This document shows, in pieces, positions 12,851-26,430 of a DNA stretch of 64,000 bases. Where the stretch lies: assembly GCA_028534125.1 (NCBI GenBank), contig CM052832.1, forward strand, positions 18,602,001 through 18,666,000, written 5' to 3'. Position numbers and translations under genes: made by a program. Below the pieces are notes generated by a model. That model was not told where the DNA came from. It searched no databases and saw only the letters and a list, made by a program, of their open reading frames with translations. Each line of letters begins with the position of its first letter. Position 1 is the stretch's first letter. This stretch comes from Lama glama (lineage: Eukaryota).

Positions 12851-14996
12851 TGACTATGATGTTGACAGTGAAATACACAAGATACTGTAGGGGCACAGAG
12901 GAGAGGCACTTGGATCCACCAAGGAAGAAGGTTATAAAAGATTTCCTGGGGCAAGATGATGTCTAACTAAATCTTGAAGGATGAGCAAGAAATAGGTGAA
13001 GAAAAATAAGGAAAAAATAGCTGAGCTATGTTAAGTCAGAAGGTAGTGGCTTAGTATTATAGTTGGAGGTGGAGGGACGCCCCTCAGAGTCAAAAGTATT
13101 CAAAGAAATACTGGAAACAAACTGGAGATTCTAAATGCAAGCATTCCACTGTGTAGAGCATGTTTTATAAATTAATAAAATCAAGATAACAACAGCCAGT
13201 GCTAGTGTTGTGTTAAATCACAAATGCTCAACTGGAAAAATAATCTCCTTGTTATTCTCTCCCTGAGGCAGTTTCAATCTAATTTCCTTTCTCAGAGTAT
13301 TCATTCTATTAGAGGGTTTTACTAGAATTTAGGTCAGAAGTAAGCTAGAGCTCTCCCTGTAGCAGGGAAACTGCCTCTTGCTTCTGGGGGATTTCCCACT
13401 TCACTCTTTAGTGCTAAGCACATATTTTTTACTCAGAATTTCAAATAGCATTTTGCATGCTATTAAAATAGATCATCATAGTAAGAAGCCACATTATTTC
13501 CTTGATTGAGATCTCAGCCTAAAGTTTGATTCTGTCCTTGGCATCAGCTTTGATTCTGTCCAGGCCATTTACAAGTTATCATGGTCAAGAGCACGTTCTT
13601 CCTTCCCAGGGCAGACGCCCTTGCTGGGGGCAGCATTCAGAGTAGTTAGAGGGCAGAGTGGGAGCCAGGAAGTTCCAGGGTTGACCACCAGGAGGGCTCA
13701 ACTTCCGGTTAAACTGGTACCTTTGGGAAGGCAACTTAATGTTTCCCAGTGATAATCGGATTTTTAAAATGAGTTTAGGAAATCAACTTGGTGGTGACTT
13801 ACCCTTTCTAAGCCTCCACAATCAGATACACAAAATAGCATAAGCAATGCCAACACTGTAGAGACGTTGTTAGAAATAATACTAATTAGTATTTGAAAAT
13901 ATCAGTTAAAGGACTAAATAGATGAACCTCAGAGTACACATTTTAATGGGAACGCACAAACTCTTCTCAGTAATATATATCCCCAACTGTTGACCAGAAA
14001 GTTCAGAAGGTGAGTCTGCTCAAGAACTCTTTATATAATAAGTAACAATTCCTAAAGTAATTAAGCCTTTACCAGCAATTTCCTTGCTTATTAGTTAAGA
14101 AACCTAGAGCCTGATTGGAATGAAGTACATCTGAGAATGGGAAGGGACTCAGGGGAGACAAAAGGGAGAGAAGCCGGATCCAATTCAATATGAATTGTTG
14201 ATTAGCCCTGGGAGAAATGCATCAAACGACTATGAGGATGAGTTCACCAAAGGCAACTTCTACTTCACAATTTTCCAGGGAGCTTTGACACTGAAATAGC
14301 ATCAGGGTCGTTTAGGACGTGGATTGCATGAGGGGCACGTTAAATAATGACAACAAGGACCACAACCACCACTACAGTGGGAGCTAACATGTACTGATCG
14401 CTCACTATTTCCTAGATGCGCTGCAAGTGCTCCATAGGCATCAGTTCACTTGCTGTCACAGTAATTAGGTACTGTTCGTCCCCATTTTACAGATACAGTA
14501 AATAAAGTTGAGAGGCTGGACAGTTTCCCAAGGTCATAACTAAGAAATGGCAGAGGTGGGACACACATTTCCCATCTGACTCTCACTTGCTTTAAATCAA
14601 CATGCTAAATGAGTAGAACCACCCACTGTGGTGAGAGATGGCTCCTGTATATTTGTTCCTGATTTTCTGTGTCCATACTTCCTTGTTTCTATGTGACTTG
14701 GATTAGCATTAAGGTTATTGGCCTGGTGCTTAGTAACCCAACTGCGACTGGACTTTCCAATTCTCCCCAAGGACAGGGAAACAGCTTTCTCTCTCAAGTA
14801 CCTGCACTCTCATCCCAAGAGAGAGGCTAAAGCAGCTCATCTTTAGCCAGTGTTTGCCAGAGGTGAAGGTTTGCTCATGCACTTACCTGGTTTGCAAACA
14901 CTTACGGGGCACTTACTCTGTGCCCGACACTGTTTCTGGGCCCTGGAGGCAGTGGGTGAGCTGTCGTCATGGATAGCGCGTTGCTCAGTTACTTAC

Positions 14997-15074
14997 CATG
15001 GTGCCAGTATATTCTTCCAGTTTAGCCTCAGGTATGGCCTTTTCATGATGGAGGAAGAGGTCTCGGAGGAAGTT
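14997..15074 (-). CDS. SCGN: Secretagogin exon 6 (NFLRDLFLHHEKAIPEAKLEEYTGTM)
   Basis: 78 nt, CAG/GTAAGT boundaries, in frame. Confidence 0.97.
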
Positions 15075-15504
15075 CTGTGACATCAAGAGACGAGCCATAT
15101 ATTATCCAGTGAGCAAAGAAACCTGAAAATCTTGAGACCTTAATTTAAGGATTGTGTTTCATTTGTTTTAAGAAGAAAATAGAATCCTTTTAGAAATAGA
15201 AATAGAAAGCAATAAATACAAGAATGGAGGGCTGTCACTGTTGAAAGGGAGCACTGTTTAAATGAAACCCAGAGAATAGCTTTAGGCAGGAAAAAGTGTC
15301 ATAAATCCTTGATTATGTCTCTTTCCCAGAGAGAGCAGTGTTACATGCAGTTTGTAAATCTATCCATGAATAAGTTCTTTTTTTAAAAGTAACAAATTCA
15401 TAGCTAGGTTTCTCGGAAACAAAGAAACCAAACTCATGATACACATGTCCCCAGTGATGAACAAACCCACACTTCACCCAGAGACAGTTCCCAGTAACAC
15501 TTAC

Positions 15505-15561
15505 ACGAAGCTCGGCAGCTGATATAAAGCCACTGCTGTCGGCATCATATTTGCGCCAAAT
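15505..15561 (-). CDS. SCGN: Secretagogin exon 5 (IWRKYDADSSGFISAAELR)
   Basis: 57 nt, CAG/GTAAGT boundaries, EF-hand 3 loop; lies inside ORF 15313..15588. Confidence 0.97.
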
Positions 15562-17336
15562 CTGAAATACACAAAAAAAATCATTCATCCATTTAGCCTT
15601 GTCATTTCTGTGTGTTTCCTTTCCATCATATTTCTGTTACATATGTGACAAAACTGAGAAGGTCATGTTGTCTATACACTTGGGTATTCTGTTTATTATT
15701 TTCATTAAAAATTTTCTGTGAGCATTTTTAAACACAATTAAAATTATCTCTAAAATATTATTTAAAATTTGAATACAATGTGATTCTACACAATTGGAAA
15801 ATACAGAAGTACAAAGAACATGAAAATCATGTCAAATCTTACCCCTTAAAAACAACCAATATTTAGTGTGTATTTACCTGTTGTCTCATTTATATAGATG
15901 CTAGGGTGGATAATATTTTAAACAAAGTTAAGATCATAATGCATATACAATTTTGTTTCTTACCACTATAATGAATCTCCTCCATGTCATTAGATAGTCT
16001 TTGAAAACTTGATCTTTAGTGATGCATAAAATTCCACAGTGGGGCTTTTCCTCATGAATCTCCAGTGCCTAGGACTATTTCTGGCATACTGCCGGTGCTT
16101 GTAAGTATTTGTGGCATGAATGAATCATATGAATGTATCATAATTTACCTACTTTTTCCTTCATTGTTAGACATTTGTTATTTTCAGTTTTAACTATAAG
16201 TAGCACTGCAACATTTAATGAACATTGTGTAGAAAACTTCTCTGCACCTCTGATTATATTCTTAAGATAGGTGCTTGGAGAAGTAGCATTGTTAAGTCAA
16301 AGGGTAAAGTTTTTTTTAAGTTAACTCTGGATAATGAAATGTTAAAGGATCCTAATTTCATTTTTTCCATAAAATTATCCCAGTGTGCATGCCTACCAAC
16401 AGAGCTTGAGCAACAGTCTCAGTATTTCTTTGCCAGCCTTCATTTTTTTGTTGATCCTTTTAAAATCTTCACCTCTTTAGTAAAAAGTAGTTGTTTTTAA
16501 TTTGCATTTCTTTGGTGACTGTCATATATCGATTATCTGTTCAGATTTCTTCTGTGAATTGTTTATGCAAGTGCTTGCTCAATTTCTCATGACTTTCATT
16601 TGCCAGAAGGCAAATAAATTAGTGCAAAATGCTGCTAAGTTATTATCTCCTAAATGCAGACTTGGTAACTCTTTCAGGAGTGAGGCAGTAACCCCCTTGA
16701 ATCTGCTGCTCTAGCCTTGGAGAAACCTGCTCTGCCTTCCCTGATCTTTTTTCACCCACAGACAGAAACACCTAGAGGCTGAAAGAGGAGATAAGAGGAG
16801 CCATTGATTCTGCCTTAGGTTTTTACTCATGTAAAATGATTGCAAAAAGACACCTTCTGGTTAGATCAGCACTCTAATAAGTTATATTACTGTGCCGTCA
16901 AAACTAGAATTAGTTACCAACATTTAAAACTAAGTAGATTCCCATTGAGTTTAGATGTCTAGGCTGCATTCTCAGAAGGCAGCGGTTCACTGGAGCTCAG
17001 AGGGCCATTGGCTCTAGATGGGGCACGTGCTCTTCAGGTCCACAGTCCCCACCCTCCTCTCCCACTACATCCTCAGCGTACCTGCCAGTCCTTCTCTCTA
17101 AGCCTTCGTCTAACCCAGGCTAAAGGAATTTGTCAGCTTAGGAGCAGTCTAGGTCTGCACACTGAGAGAGCACACTGGGGCTTGGGGCCAAGTCCAGAAT
17201 TAACACAGGAATTCCTTTGCTTGGTCTTGTCCTCTCTGGGAAGCTCTCTCTTGGGAACAGGGCACGAGTGGTGACAGCCACAGCAGTAACTGGGGTCCTG
17301 ACCTCATCTTCCATAGAGACATGACCAAATGCTTAC

Positions 17337-17426
17337 CTGCATAAATTCCACACTGCTGTCCAGAGGGGTTTCCTGGCGAAAGAGCAGAAGAAAATTTTCA
17401 TCCTCAGACAAGAACATGCAGGCAAG
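17337..17426 (-). CDS. SCGN: Secretagogin exon 4 ([30 protein letters not shown])
   Basis: 90 nt, AG/GTAAGC boundaries, ENFLLLFR motif of the calbindin/calretinin/secretagogin family. Confidence 0.97.
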
Positions 17427-17901
17427 CTAAAGAAAAGAGGAGAAATAGCAGTCAGTGACACTAGCCAGTGCTCCTTGGGTAAAAGGCATAGTGGAACATA
17501 TTAGAGGCAGGAAGGGCTTGAATCTCTCAGGATGGGGAGCCCAACGTGCAATTCTGTGCCCTTGATAGTCATTTTGGATTCATTGATTCTTTCAAGAAGT
17601 ATTGCACCCTTCCTATGTATGAAACACTAGGAGTATCTGCCTCCCATGAGCTTACATTCCAAATTATTGGACAGTTTATTAAATTATTGATTATTATTAT
17701 TATTAATATATTATAAATATAAACTGGTCTACACAGAGATAAAGAACTTGCCATAGTTATGCAGGCAGTGGTAGAGTTATGATTTCAACTAAGCCCACAC
17801 TTTTAACCACCATGCTATGCTGGTGAGATACTGTATGTATAAATCACTTTAGTGCCATATGCAAAAGCAAAAATGATTGCTGTCTGGCTTGATTCTTTTT
17901 G

Positions 17902-18040
17902 ATCTTGACTTTATTTTTTTAATTTTGTTGGGGGGAGGCAATTCGATTTATTAATTTTTTTAATGGAGGCACTGGGGATTGAACCCAGGACCTTGTGCAT
18001 GCTAAGCACATGCTCTACCACTGAGCTGTACCTTCCCCCC
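17902..18040 (-). mobile_element. tRNA-derived SINE (Vic-1-like, camelid)
   Basis: A box (AGCTCAGTGG) and B box (GGTTCAATCC), A-rich tail, flanking direct repeat TGGCTTGATTCTTTTTG. Confidence 0.9.
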
Positions 18041-18058
18041 TTGGCTTGATTCTTTTTG

Positions 18059-19477
18059 TTTGTTTGTTTTCTGTTTTTTCTTTTTTCTTTTTCTTTTTTA
18101 TTGAAGTATATGACTGAAACATCATGCTGCACACCAGAAACTGACACAACACTAAACAACTGACTACACCCCAATTGAAAAGTAGCTCTTTTTCAAATTG
18201 AAATATAATCAGCCCACAATGCTGTATCAACTTCTGGTGCACAGCAAAATGTTTCAGCCATACGTATATTGCTTTTGATGTTCTTTTTCATTATAGGTTA
18301 CTACAAGATATTGAATATAATTCCCTTTGCTATACAGTAGAAACTTGCTGTTTATCTATTTTATACATAGTAGTTAGTATCTGCAAATCTCGAACTCCCA
18401 GTTTATCCCTTTGCACCTCCTTCCCCCACTGGTGGCCATAAGTTTGTTTTCTATGCCTGTGAGTCTGTTTCTGTTTTGCGTATAAGGTCATTTGTGTCTT
18501 TTTTTCTGGATTTCACATATGAGTGATATCATATGGTATTTTTCTTTCTCTTTCTGGCTTACTTCATTTAGAATGACAGTTTCCAAATCCATCCATGTTG
18601 CTGCAAATGGCTTTTTTATGGCTGAGTAGTATTCCATTGTAGAAATATACCAGCTTCTTTATCCAGTCATCTGTCAATGGGCATTTAGGTTGCTTCCATG
18701 TTTTGGCTATTGTAAATAGTGTTGCAGTGAACACTGGGGTGCATGTATCTTTTCAAATTAGAGTTCCATCTAGATATATTCCCAGGAGTGAGATTGCTGG
18801 ATTATATAGGGTAAATCTATTTTTAGTTTTTTAAGGAATCTACATACTGTTTTCCAAAATGGCTGTACCAAACTACATTCCTACCAACAGAGAAAGAGGG
18901 TTCCCTTTTCTCCATACCCTCTCCAGCATTTGTGGTTTGTGGACTTTTTGATGATGGCCATTCTGGCTGGTGTGAGGTGATACCTCATTGTAGTTTTGAT
19001 TTATATTTCTCTGATAATTAGTGATATTGAGCATTTTTCATATGCCTATTGGCCATTTGTATGTCTTCATTGGATAATTGCTTGTTTAGATCTTATACCC
19101 ATTTTTGGATTGGGTTTTTTTTTTTGCTTGCTTGTTTGTTTGTTATTAATTTGGATGAGCTGTTTGTATATTCTGGAAGTTATGCCTTTGTCAGTCGCGT
19201 CATTTGCAAATATTTTCTCCCATTCTGTTTTGTTTATGGTTTCCTTTGCTGTGCAAAAGCTTGTAAGTTTAATTAGGTGCCATTTGTTAATTTTTTTGTT
19301 TCTTTTGCCTGGGTAGACTGCCCTAGGAGAACATTGCTGAGATTTATGTCAGAGAATGTTTTGCCTATGTTTTTTTTCCAGGAGATTTATAGTGTCTTGT
19401 CTTATATTTAAGCCGTTTTGAGTTTATTTTTGTGTATGGTGTGAGGGAATGTTCGAAACTTATTTATTTATATGTGG
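18059..19477 (-). mobile_element. 5'-truncated LINE-1 (ORF2 end plus 3' UTR)
   Basis: Typical antisense L1 3' sequence, T-rich tail, target-site duplication (C)TGGCTTGATTCTT. Confidence 0.9.
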
Positions 19478-22219
19478 CTGGCTTGATTCTTAAGTGTTAT
19501 ATTCTTTTATATTGTTAGCGTCTATATAATACTTTAAAAGCAAGTTCGCTTGTTATAAATTTAACCATCCACCTTTCTATGAGCACCAGTTCTATTGATT
19601 TACTTCCCTTGCTCTCATGAACAAAGGTAACATTTTCTTCCCCATGTGATTATAACATTTATTTTAGCACATAGGCATTTTTGGCTGGGTCACTGCCAAA
19701 CCCAGAGTGTTTTAGTATTTATTATCTTCTTTCTGAGTTGTCTCTCAAGCAATGATCATTTCTTCTATAACTGTAGTTCTCTCAGCATTTTGTATAATAC
19801 CAAAGAGCAAGTCCAGAGCAAATGCTTTTGGTAAGTTGTAGGAATGATCAGCCCACACTCCTATTCATATTCTCTAGTTGGATATAGGTCAGCTCAAGGG
19901 CACATCATGTGAATAACAGCTATCATACATTGAATAGTTGCTACACGGCAACATGCTTTTCATTTATCATCACATTAAGTTCTCACACCAATCCTTCAGT
20001 TAAGTATAAATACCCCCCTTTTACTAATGGGAGGCAGCACAATGCTGTTATGTGATAGGCTTTAGAGTGGATCCAGATTCCTTCTCTGTTATTCCCTATT
20101 ATTTGATCTTCAGCAATTTAATTGATACCATTATGCCTCAATTTCCTCATTTGTAAAATGAGGGTAATATTTATATCCTGATGCTTATGTGAAGACTAAA
20201 ATTTACATGAGGCACTATTTATAAGCTGTTCAGCAAAGTCCCTGGTACATATTAAAAATTTAGTAAATGGTGACTATGCTATGTTGATGAAGATGATGAA
20301 ATTGAGGCTCAGAGAAGTTAACTCACTTGCCCAGGTTTTCATATTTCACCATGTTGCCTTTATGCTTTTCCTACCCACCCACACAATGTCAACTGGAACT
20401 GAGAACTGCTCTTCAGAAGTAAGTGTTTTTTCACATGGGGTGGCAGAGGCTAAGAAACCAAATTAAAACACAATTTACTGGTCCGAAGTCTCCAGAACCC
20501 ACTCTGTCTTCAGTTTTGACTGCAGTGGCACAGAGAAGCCCTGGATGAATCAAATACATAGATCATCCCCAAGCCTCATTTTGGCTCTCAGTGTGACTTC
20601 TTCCCCATTTTGTTTTGTGCTAAAATACCTAGAGTGTGTGCACGTGGGCTGATTTTTACATCACAACTACCTGTAATCTGAATAAGTGAAATGGTGAAGG
20701 GTATAGGACGAGAGGGTAGGGGAGATCTTGCTGCTCTTTAAACTTGCAGACTCATGAGGTTTTTAGGGGCCTTGTGACCAGAATAGTCCTAGACCATCAG
20801 CTTGTCTACAGACAATCTCAGTTATGCTCATTGGCTGGACTCCGTGACAGAATGATTGGCACAGATGTCAAAGTTGTTGCCACGTTCCCCGTTGCTTCAG
20901 GAAGGTCTACCAGTAATTAGTAAGGTAATGACATAGTTTTTCATTATTTACCATGTTTCACTCATTTATTATTAAGTCGGTAAATACTTACTGAGCACCA
21001 CTATGCACTGTGCTCTGTTCTGTGGGCTGGAGAGTGCAACAGTGAGCATGTAGGCAGTAATACTTTGCTATTTCTAGCTTGATGCTTGCACTTACCTTTC
21101 CATTAATGAATACACTAATACTTCTACATCAATTACAATGCGATTTTGGTTACATAAATAATTTTTGCCTTTCAGTGAAAATTTTGGAAATAACTACACT
21201 GATAAATCTAAAATTTAGCTTATTGGTTTTCTGAAAAGGTAGCCTCCTGGTGTACATGTCTATTTTTTATAAGAAGACATTATCTTGCCTTATTATCATA
21301 ACTTTCTGAAGAAAAAAATTGCTCTTTTCATCAATAATATTGACTGTCCAAGTATGACAGCATCAAGAGACCAGCTGTGCAGATTTCAGGTAATATGTCT
21401 AGCAGGCAATTTTGACTATGAAATAAATGTCTTAGTTTCATAGCAGCTCATTTTTATGTATGGATTCATAGCTATATAGAATAAACCTATATAGATTGAT
21501 ACCTATAAGTGAGTTACACTTGAACCACTTATTGGCCATATAATGCCAGGAAAGTAACTTCAGTTTGTTTATCAGTAGAATAAGGATAGTGTTCCATGTC
21601 TACTTTCTATAGCTACTGTAGGGATAAAGTAACATAATGTGTGGAAATCCTTTCTAAACTGTAAACCTTTCTGTAACTGGAAGGGAAAACGATCATGTTA
21701 AAGATAGACTATGCAAGGCACTGCATGCTTAATGCAGTTCCTTGCTTTAATAGGTACCCAGTAAGTGTGGACTGAGTTCAAGTAAAGACAGCTACTGTCT
21801 GTTTTGTTTTTAATGATATTCAGAGATAGTTCTTTCCAGCCTCCACTGGGTGCTGATGCTGAAGTTTAAACTCATTTATTGTCAGTAGGTTTTCCCTTAT
21901 GTCAAGGTTGAATTTGAGCAGGCCACTGTGTAAGAGACAAATATTAGATCAAGCAACTGAAAAGCCTCCAGCATATCAATTCCCCAATTATAAGGTAAGT
22001 ATAAATATTGACTGACCTAAATAAAATGATGGAAGAATCATTACCCTTTGTTACTAAGCCGATGAAAAAGGAAAGGAGAGTACTTCAAAAATGTTAGCTA
22101 ACCCAGCTGCCTGGCAGAGGGTTCTAATTTCCCAATCAAATGTAAGCCTTTCATTATCCTTCACAAGGAATTATAGTCCACAAAGGTACAGTGAAGAAAG
22201 TAACAGTTGTAGAAAGTAC

Positions 22220-22312
22220 CTCTTTCATTTGTATGCGACCATCTTTAGAGACATCATGGGTAGCCATAAATTGTTGTTTCATTTTCTGCACATTTTTTTC
22301 CATGACTGCATC
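22220..22312 (-). CDS. SCGN: Secretagogin exon 3 (DAVMEKNVQKMKQQFMATHDVSKDGRIQMKE)
   Basis: 93 nt, AG/GT boundaries, EF-hand 2-like loop DVSKDGRIQMKE. Confidence 0.96.
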
Positions 22313-22820
22313 CTACAGTGGGTCAGAGAGAACCACATTAAAGCCACTGGGATTCCAAAAATGTAGTTAGGATGTCAAATATTCAGAGTGTATAGCCTGA
22401 TAATTATGTTAGTCTAATCTGGAAGGCAAGTTACTTAGCCATTGAAAGTGATCCTACCAAGTTGCAGACAAGAGAGAGGCGGTGGAGGTTTCTTAATCAA
22501 ATAACCACTAATCAGAATCCTGACTAGGTAAGATTTATAGCTAGTGATCTCCTAAAATACGAATGAAGAGAAGCTTAGGGACTAGAGTGTTAATAGAATA
22601 AATTTGAACATCATTCTGTATTTTGTTGTGACAAAAGACTATTGTAATGAACATAGAAACTTTCTTCCCAAGAATTCAGAAGTTTCATTCTATTTTTAAG
22701 TGAAAAGTTCTTCCAGGCCCTCAGTTTCCCAGAGTTCATTCTATTAATCTTGGATTCAACAAAGAAAAAACAATTAGGAGAAAATAACTAAAGAGGAAAC
22801 CAAAGAAATAAAGTAATCAT

Positions 22821-22936
22821 GGGAGGGGGGGATATGGCTCAGGGGTAGAGTACATGCCTAGCATGCATGAGGTTCTGGGTTCAACCCCCAGTACCTCCAT
22901 TAATAATAAATAAACCTAATCCTCCCCTCCCCCAAA
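22821..22936 (+). mobile_element. tRNA-derived SINE (Vic-1-like)
   Basis: A and B boxes; perfect 19-bp TSD AAAGAAATAAAGTAATCAT at 22802..22820 and 22937..22955. Confidence 0.92.
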
Positions 22937-25264
22937 AAAGAAATAAAGTAATCATTGAACTACCAAAGATGGCACATATCCCTTCCTGGTACAACCTTTT
23001 CTGCACATTAAATTGTTCTTCATCAGAGGACTGTGTGGTTATTACAAAGAAAGTTAACTTACATAATCAACAACAGAGAGTGAATTTTGATGCAATGACT
23101 GAGAGGCACGGATGCAGCCAAACAGTGCTGGATTCCTAGACTCCAGAACAGATCAGTTATGCTAAGTGTATTCTTCCTAATACTAGCACACTATCCAGCC
23201 AGGTTTCCTCTCCACTAAGTATAGAGAGATTAGCCTCTTTATTCTTGCACCATAGATTGTGTGGTTTGTTTGGTTGTATGGGTGTGTATGTGCATCAAAC
23301 AGAAAAATCACAATGGAAATCACTCAGGAATATGGGTCTTCACTTTGAATTTGAGCTTGACCTTCCAGATTAAGAGTTCTGCCAGGCTAGCAGTCATTTC
23401 TGTGTCTCTGACATATAGTACCAGTGGACTGAATAAGTGGTTATGATGCACTAGGCATTCCGAAAAGAAATTCACTAACACAGGCCATGGTGGTGAGAAA
23501 TTTGATTTCAAAGTAAATATGAAACCAAAGAGGCTGTAGCTAGATTCTGTATGATACCTCTGGTTTGAAACTTGACTTCTGTCCTTTCAGACCTCTGACC
23601 CCAAAGTCAGTGACTACCCCTTGGCCCTAAAGCACAGGAGTCTAGGGCTCCCTCTGTTGTAATTTCCCATCAGGCCCCAGCAGGGTTATCATCTCTGAAG
23701 CCCTGAAAAATGCCCAGGATGTGCTGCAGTCTGTATGTGAAGAATGCACACACAGCCACAGAAAATGATGCTCTGCAATGGACTGGCTAGACCTGGACCT
23801 AGTGCAGAGGCTGATTCTGAGCATTTGAGAAAAAAAGAAAGGTGGGATGGGGTGAGTAACAGAAACAGCAGCAAGAATGGCTGATGGTTCCATTAAGTCA
23901 ATCCCCTCAGAGACTATGAGGAGCAGGTAATTACAAATAGGCTGCTTGCTCTTTAAGATTGACTAGCAGGCAGCTTGCTGTTAGAAATCTTAAAATTCCT
24001 TCTTCTGAGGTCTCTGTGATCCGCTAATCAGGGGGAGGAAAGTGGAGCTATTCAGGTCTCAGAAGAACTGATTGCCCTGCTTCAACACCAGAGGGGCTGC
24101 TTCATCACAGAGGCCTCCCTGCTGCTGGCTCTGTACTCACAGGGACATCACTGATTAAAGGTAGGTCTCACAAATGGTGATTACTCCCCAGTTGAGAGGG
24201 ACATGCCCTCTTGTTAAGGACATGCTGAGGGCCTACTCATTTCTCAGCAGGAAAAAAGTCCAGAGTTAGGAATAGTTTCCTTAGTCTTGGTTGTCCCAGT
24301 AGCATAGAGTGGCCAGCCAAAGGCCCTGTAATCATACCCGCTGGGTAAAGGCCTCAGCATTTTGAAAGGAAATAATGGCAGAGGACAGCATTTCTCATTA
24401 ACAGTTCAATAGTTTATCCCCTGGTTCCAAAAGCTTTCTCCCTCGCCAAGTGCTGGAGAGAGGTGCCTGGGGCTGCAGCCACAGCTCAGCAGGACTGGCC
24501 TGATTATATTAGAATACCTTGTCTGACAAGCAGTCACTATTCCTGGAGGGAACGGGGTGAGGGGGGTGGGGGATGCAAACTGACTTATAGTACATGCAGT
24601 ATCCTAGGCAGACCCTAAATGTGCTGAAATACCTAGGAGGCACCTGGGACTTTGCATTTTAACAAATACGGCACACCAAAATTCTATTTCCACTAGCCTA
24701 AGGACTCTGCAACCTTCCAGCCTCTTTGCCTCTGGCCTCAGGAACACCTGCATGGAACACAGTTGCAGAGTACACTGGCAAGTCATTTGCTGTTTCCTTT
24801 TCTCCAAGGACCATGCCTGTCCATGCCTGTCCATGTGTGAGAAGTGAGGCGACAGGCCAAATCTGAGGGAGGGGCGATGGTAAGAACAGCCAAGCTGTGA
24901 GAGATGGCATCTCTCTTCTTTCACTGATGACGACAATGCCTCTAAAGTCAGCCAAAGCCCCAGAACAAGACAGCTCACAGGGTCCACAGCCTAGAGCAGA
25001 CCTTTGTGTTTTGAGTAGCAGCCCACCCCTCACCTCATGACTGAAAATAAGACATTTCCAAGTTCAACATTTACAGCAACTTTTCTCCTCCTTTTCTTTA
25101 TATCAGTAAAGCAAGGAGCCTTCTGAAAAGGTGTGAAGTTCCAAGTTTATTCCAAGACTTTTAAAGTTTTGCCTTCCTCTTTTTGTTTTCCTCAAATACT
25201 TCTGTCATGTTTGACAAATGGCATCAGATTCACGGGTTCTGGAATGCCGTGAGCCTTAGCATTT

Positions 25265-25545
25265 ACAGAGAGAGCAAATCAGAAAGAGACCGACAGGGAG
25301 ATAAGGGAAGGAAAGAGAAAAGGAGAGGCAAGAAACTAATACAAGAAATGAAGGGCAAAGAGAGAAGAGACAGACAGATAGGAAAGAGAGGAAAAGAGAA
25401 ATAAGAGAGAGAGAGGAGAGACAATGAGAGAGCTTGAGAAACAGATTAGAGATAGAGAAACAAAGAGAAAGGAGAGAGACAGATGGAGAAACATATAAGA
25501 AATAGAGATCAGAGAGAGATGAGAGAAAGATCAGAGAGAAAGTCA
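25265..25545. repeat. GA-rich low-complexity tract
   Basis: Purine-rich degenerate (GA)n/(GAAA)n. Confidence 0.9.
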
Positions 25546-26359
25546 GGATGATGGACTCCTACATGAAAGTGTGATGCGCTTCAATATTCTTCCACGTAGA
25601 CAGTTATATTTGAGGATAAGCTACCTCATTTTAAATGCTGCTGTCTCTAGAGCTACTTCCCTTACCATGCATCCCCTGATGGAGTCTTTACCGGGTTCTC
25701 CCAAGCCCAGGCTGCTGCCTCTCTGTGGGAGTTATTCCTCTGCTTTGGTACAGGGCTCATTGGCCGTTAATTCACATCTCTCAAGGCCAGGTTTACCATA
25801 AGAAAGGGAGATAGATACTGGATAGATTAGTTTACATTTATTTTTCGGCTCTGGGTATGTTGGCTGTTTCCTGATTTGTCATTCCCAAAGAAATAGGCAC
25901 TCTCTTCTAATGAAATGGAAAATGGAAAAAATGATTTTGAATGATTTGTTTGTGATTTGCTATCAAAGTAGTATCAAATGCATTAAACACCCAGAACCTT
26001 AAAGCTCTTAACATCTTTTCCACCTTTTTGAACAAAATGAGCTACCTTATCTCTAGGTTTAAATCCATTAGCAGAGACATAACCAAGGAGATATTCAAAA
26101 CAAAGTTGTTTGACTCTAAAGTTAAAATCTGAGTGGATGACAGATGTTACACTAAAAGTCAATGACCAGAGCATCTAATACCACAGGTTTATAAAACCTG
26201 CCTAAATCCATCCATGTTGCTAGGAGAGGGAGAGAAATTGCATGCAAGGAAGAAAAGAGGTCAGATGGAATTAATAAGTACAAATCAAGATAAGATTGGA
26301 TGCTTTTTGTAATTCACTAAGAGACACATAAATTAATGCTTAGTGGCACAAGTACTTAC

Positions 26360-26430
26360 CTCGCTACCCAGTTTTATCAACATGTGGTAAAATAAAGCAT
26401 CAAGCTCCTTCTCTTCTATGTAACCTTTTT
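26360..26430 (-). CDS. SCGN: Secretagogin exon 2 (EKGYIEEKELDALFYHMLIKLGSE)
   Basis: 71 nt, AG/GTAAGT boundaries, phase continues exon 1, completes EF-hand 1. Confidence 0.97.

Noticed and set aside
17960..18040. tRNA-like sequences with A and B boxes (six copies in the window)
   Set aside because: They have A-rich tails, mostly TSDs, and are diverged from each other: SINEs, not tRNA genes
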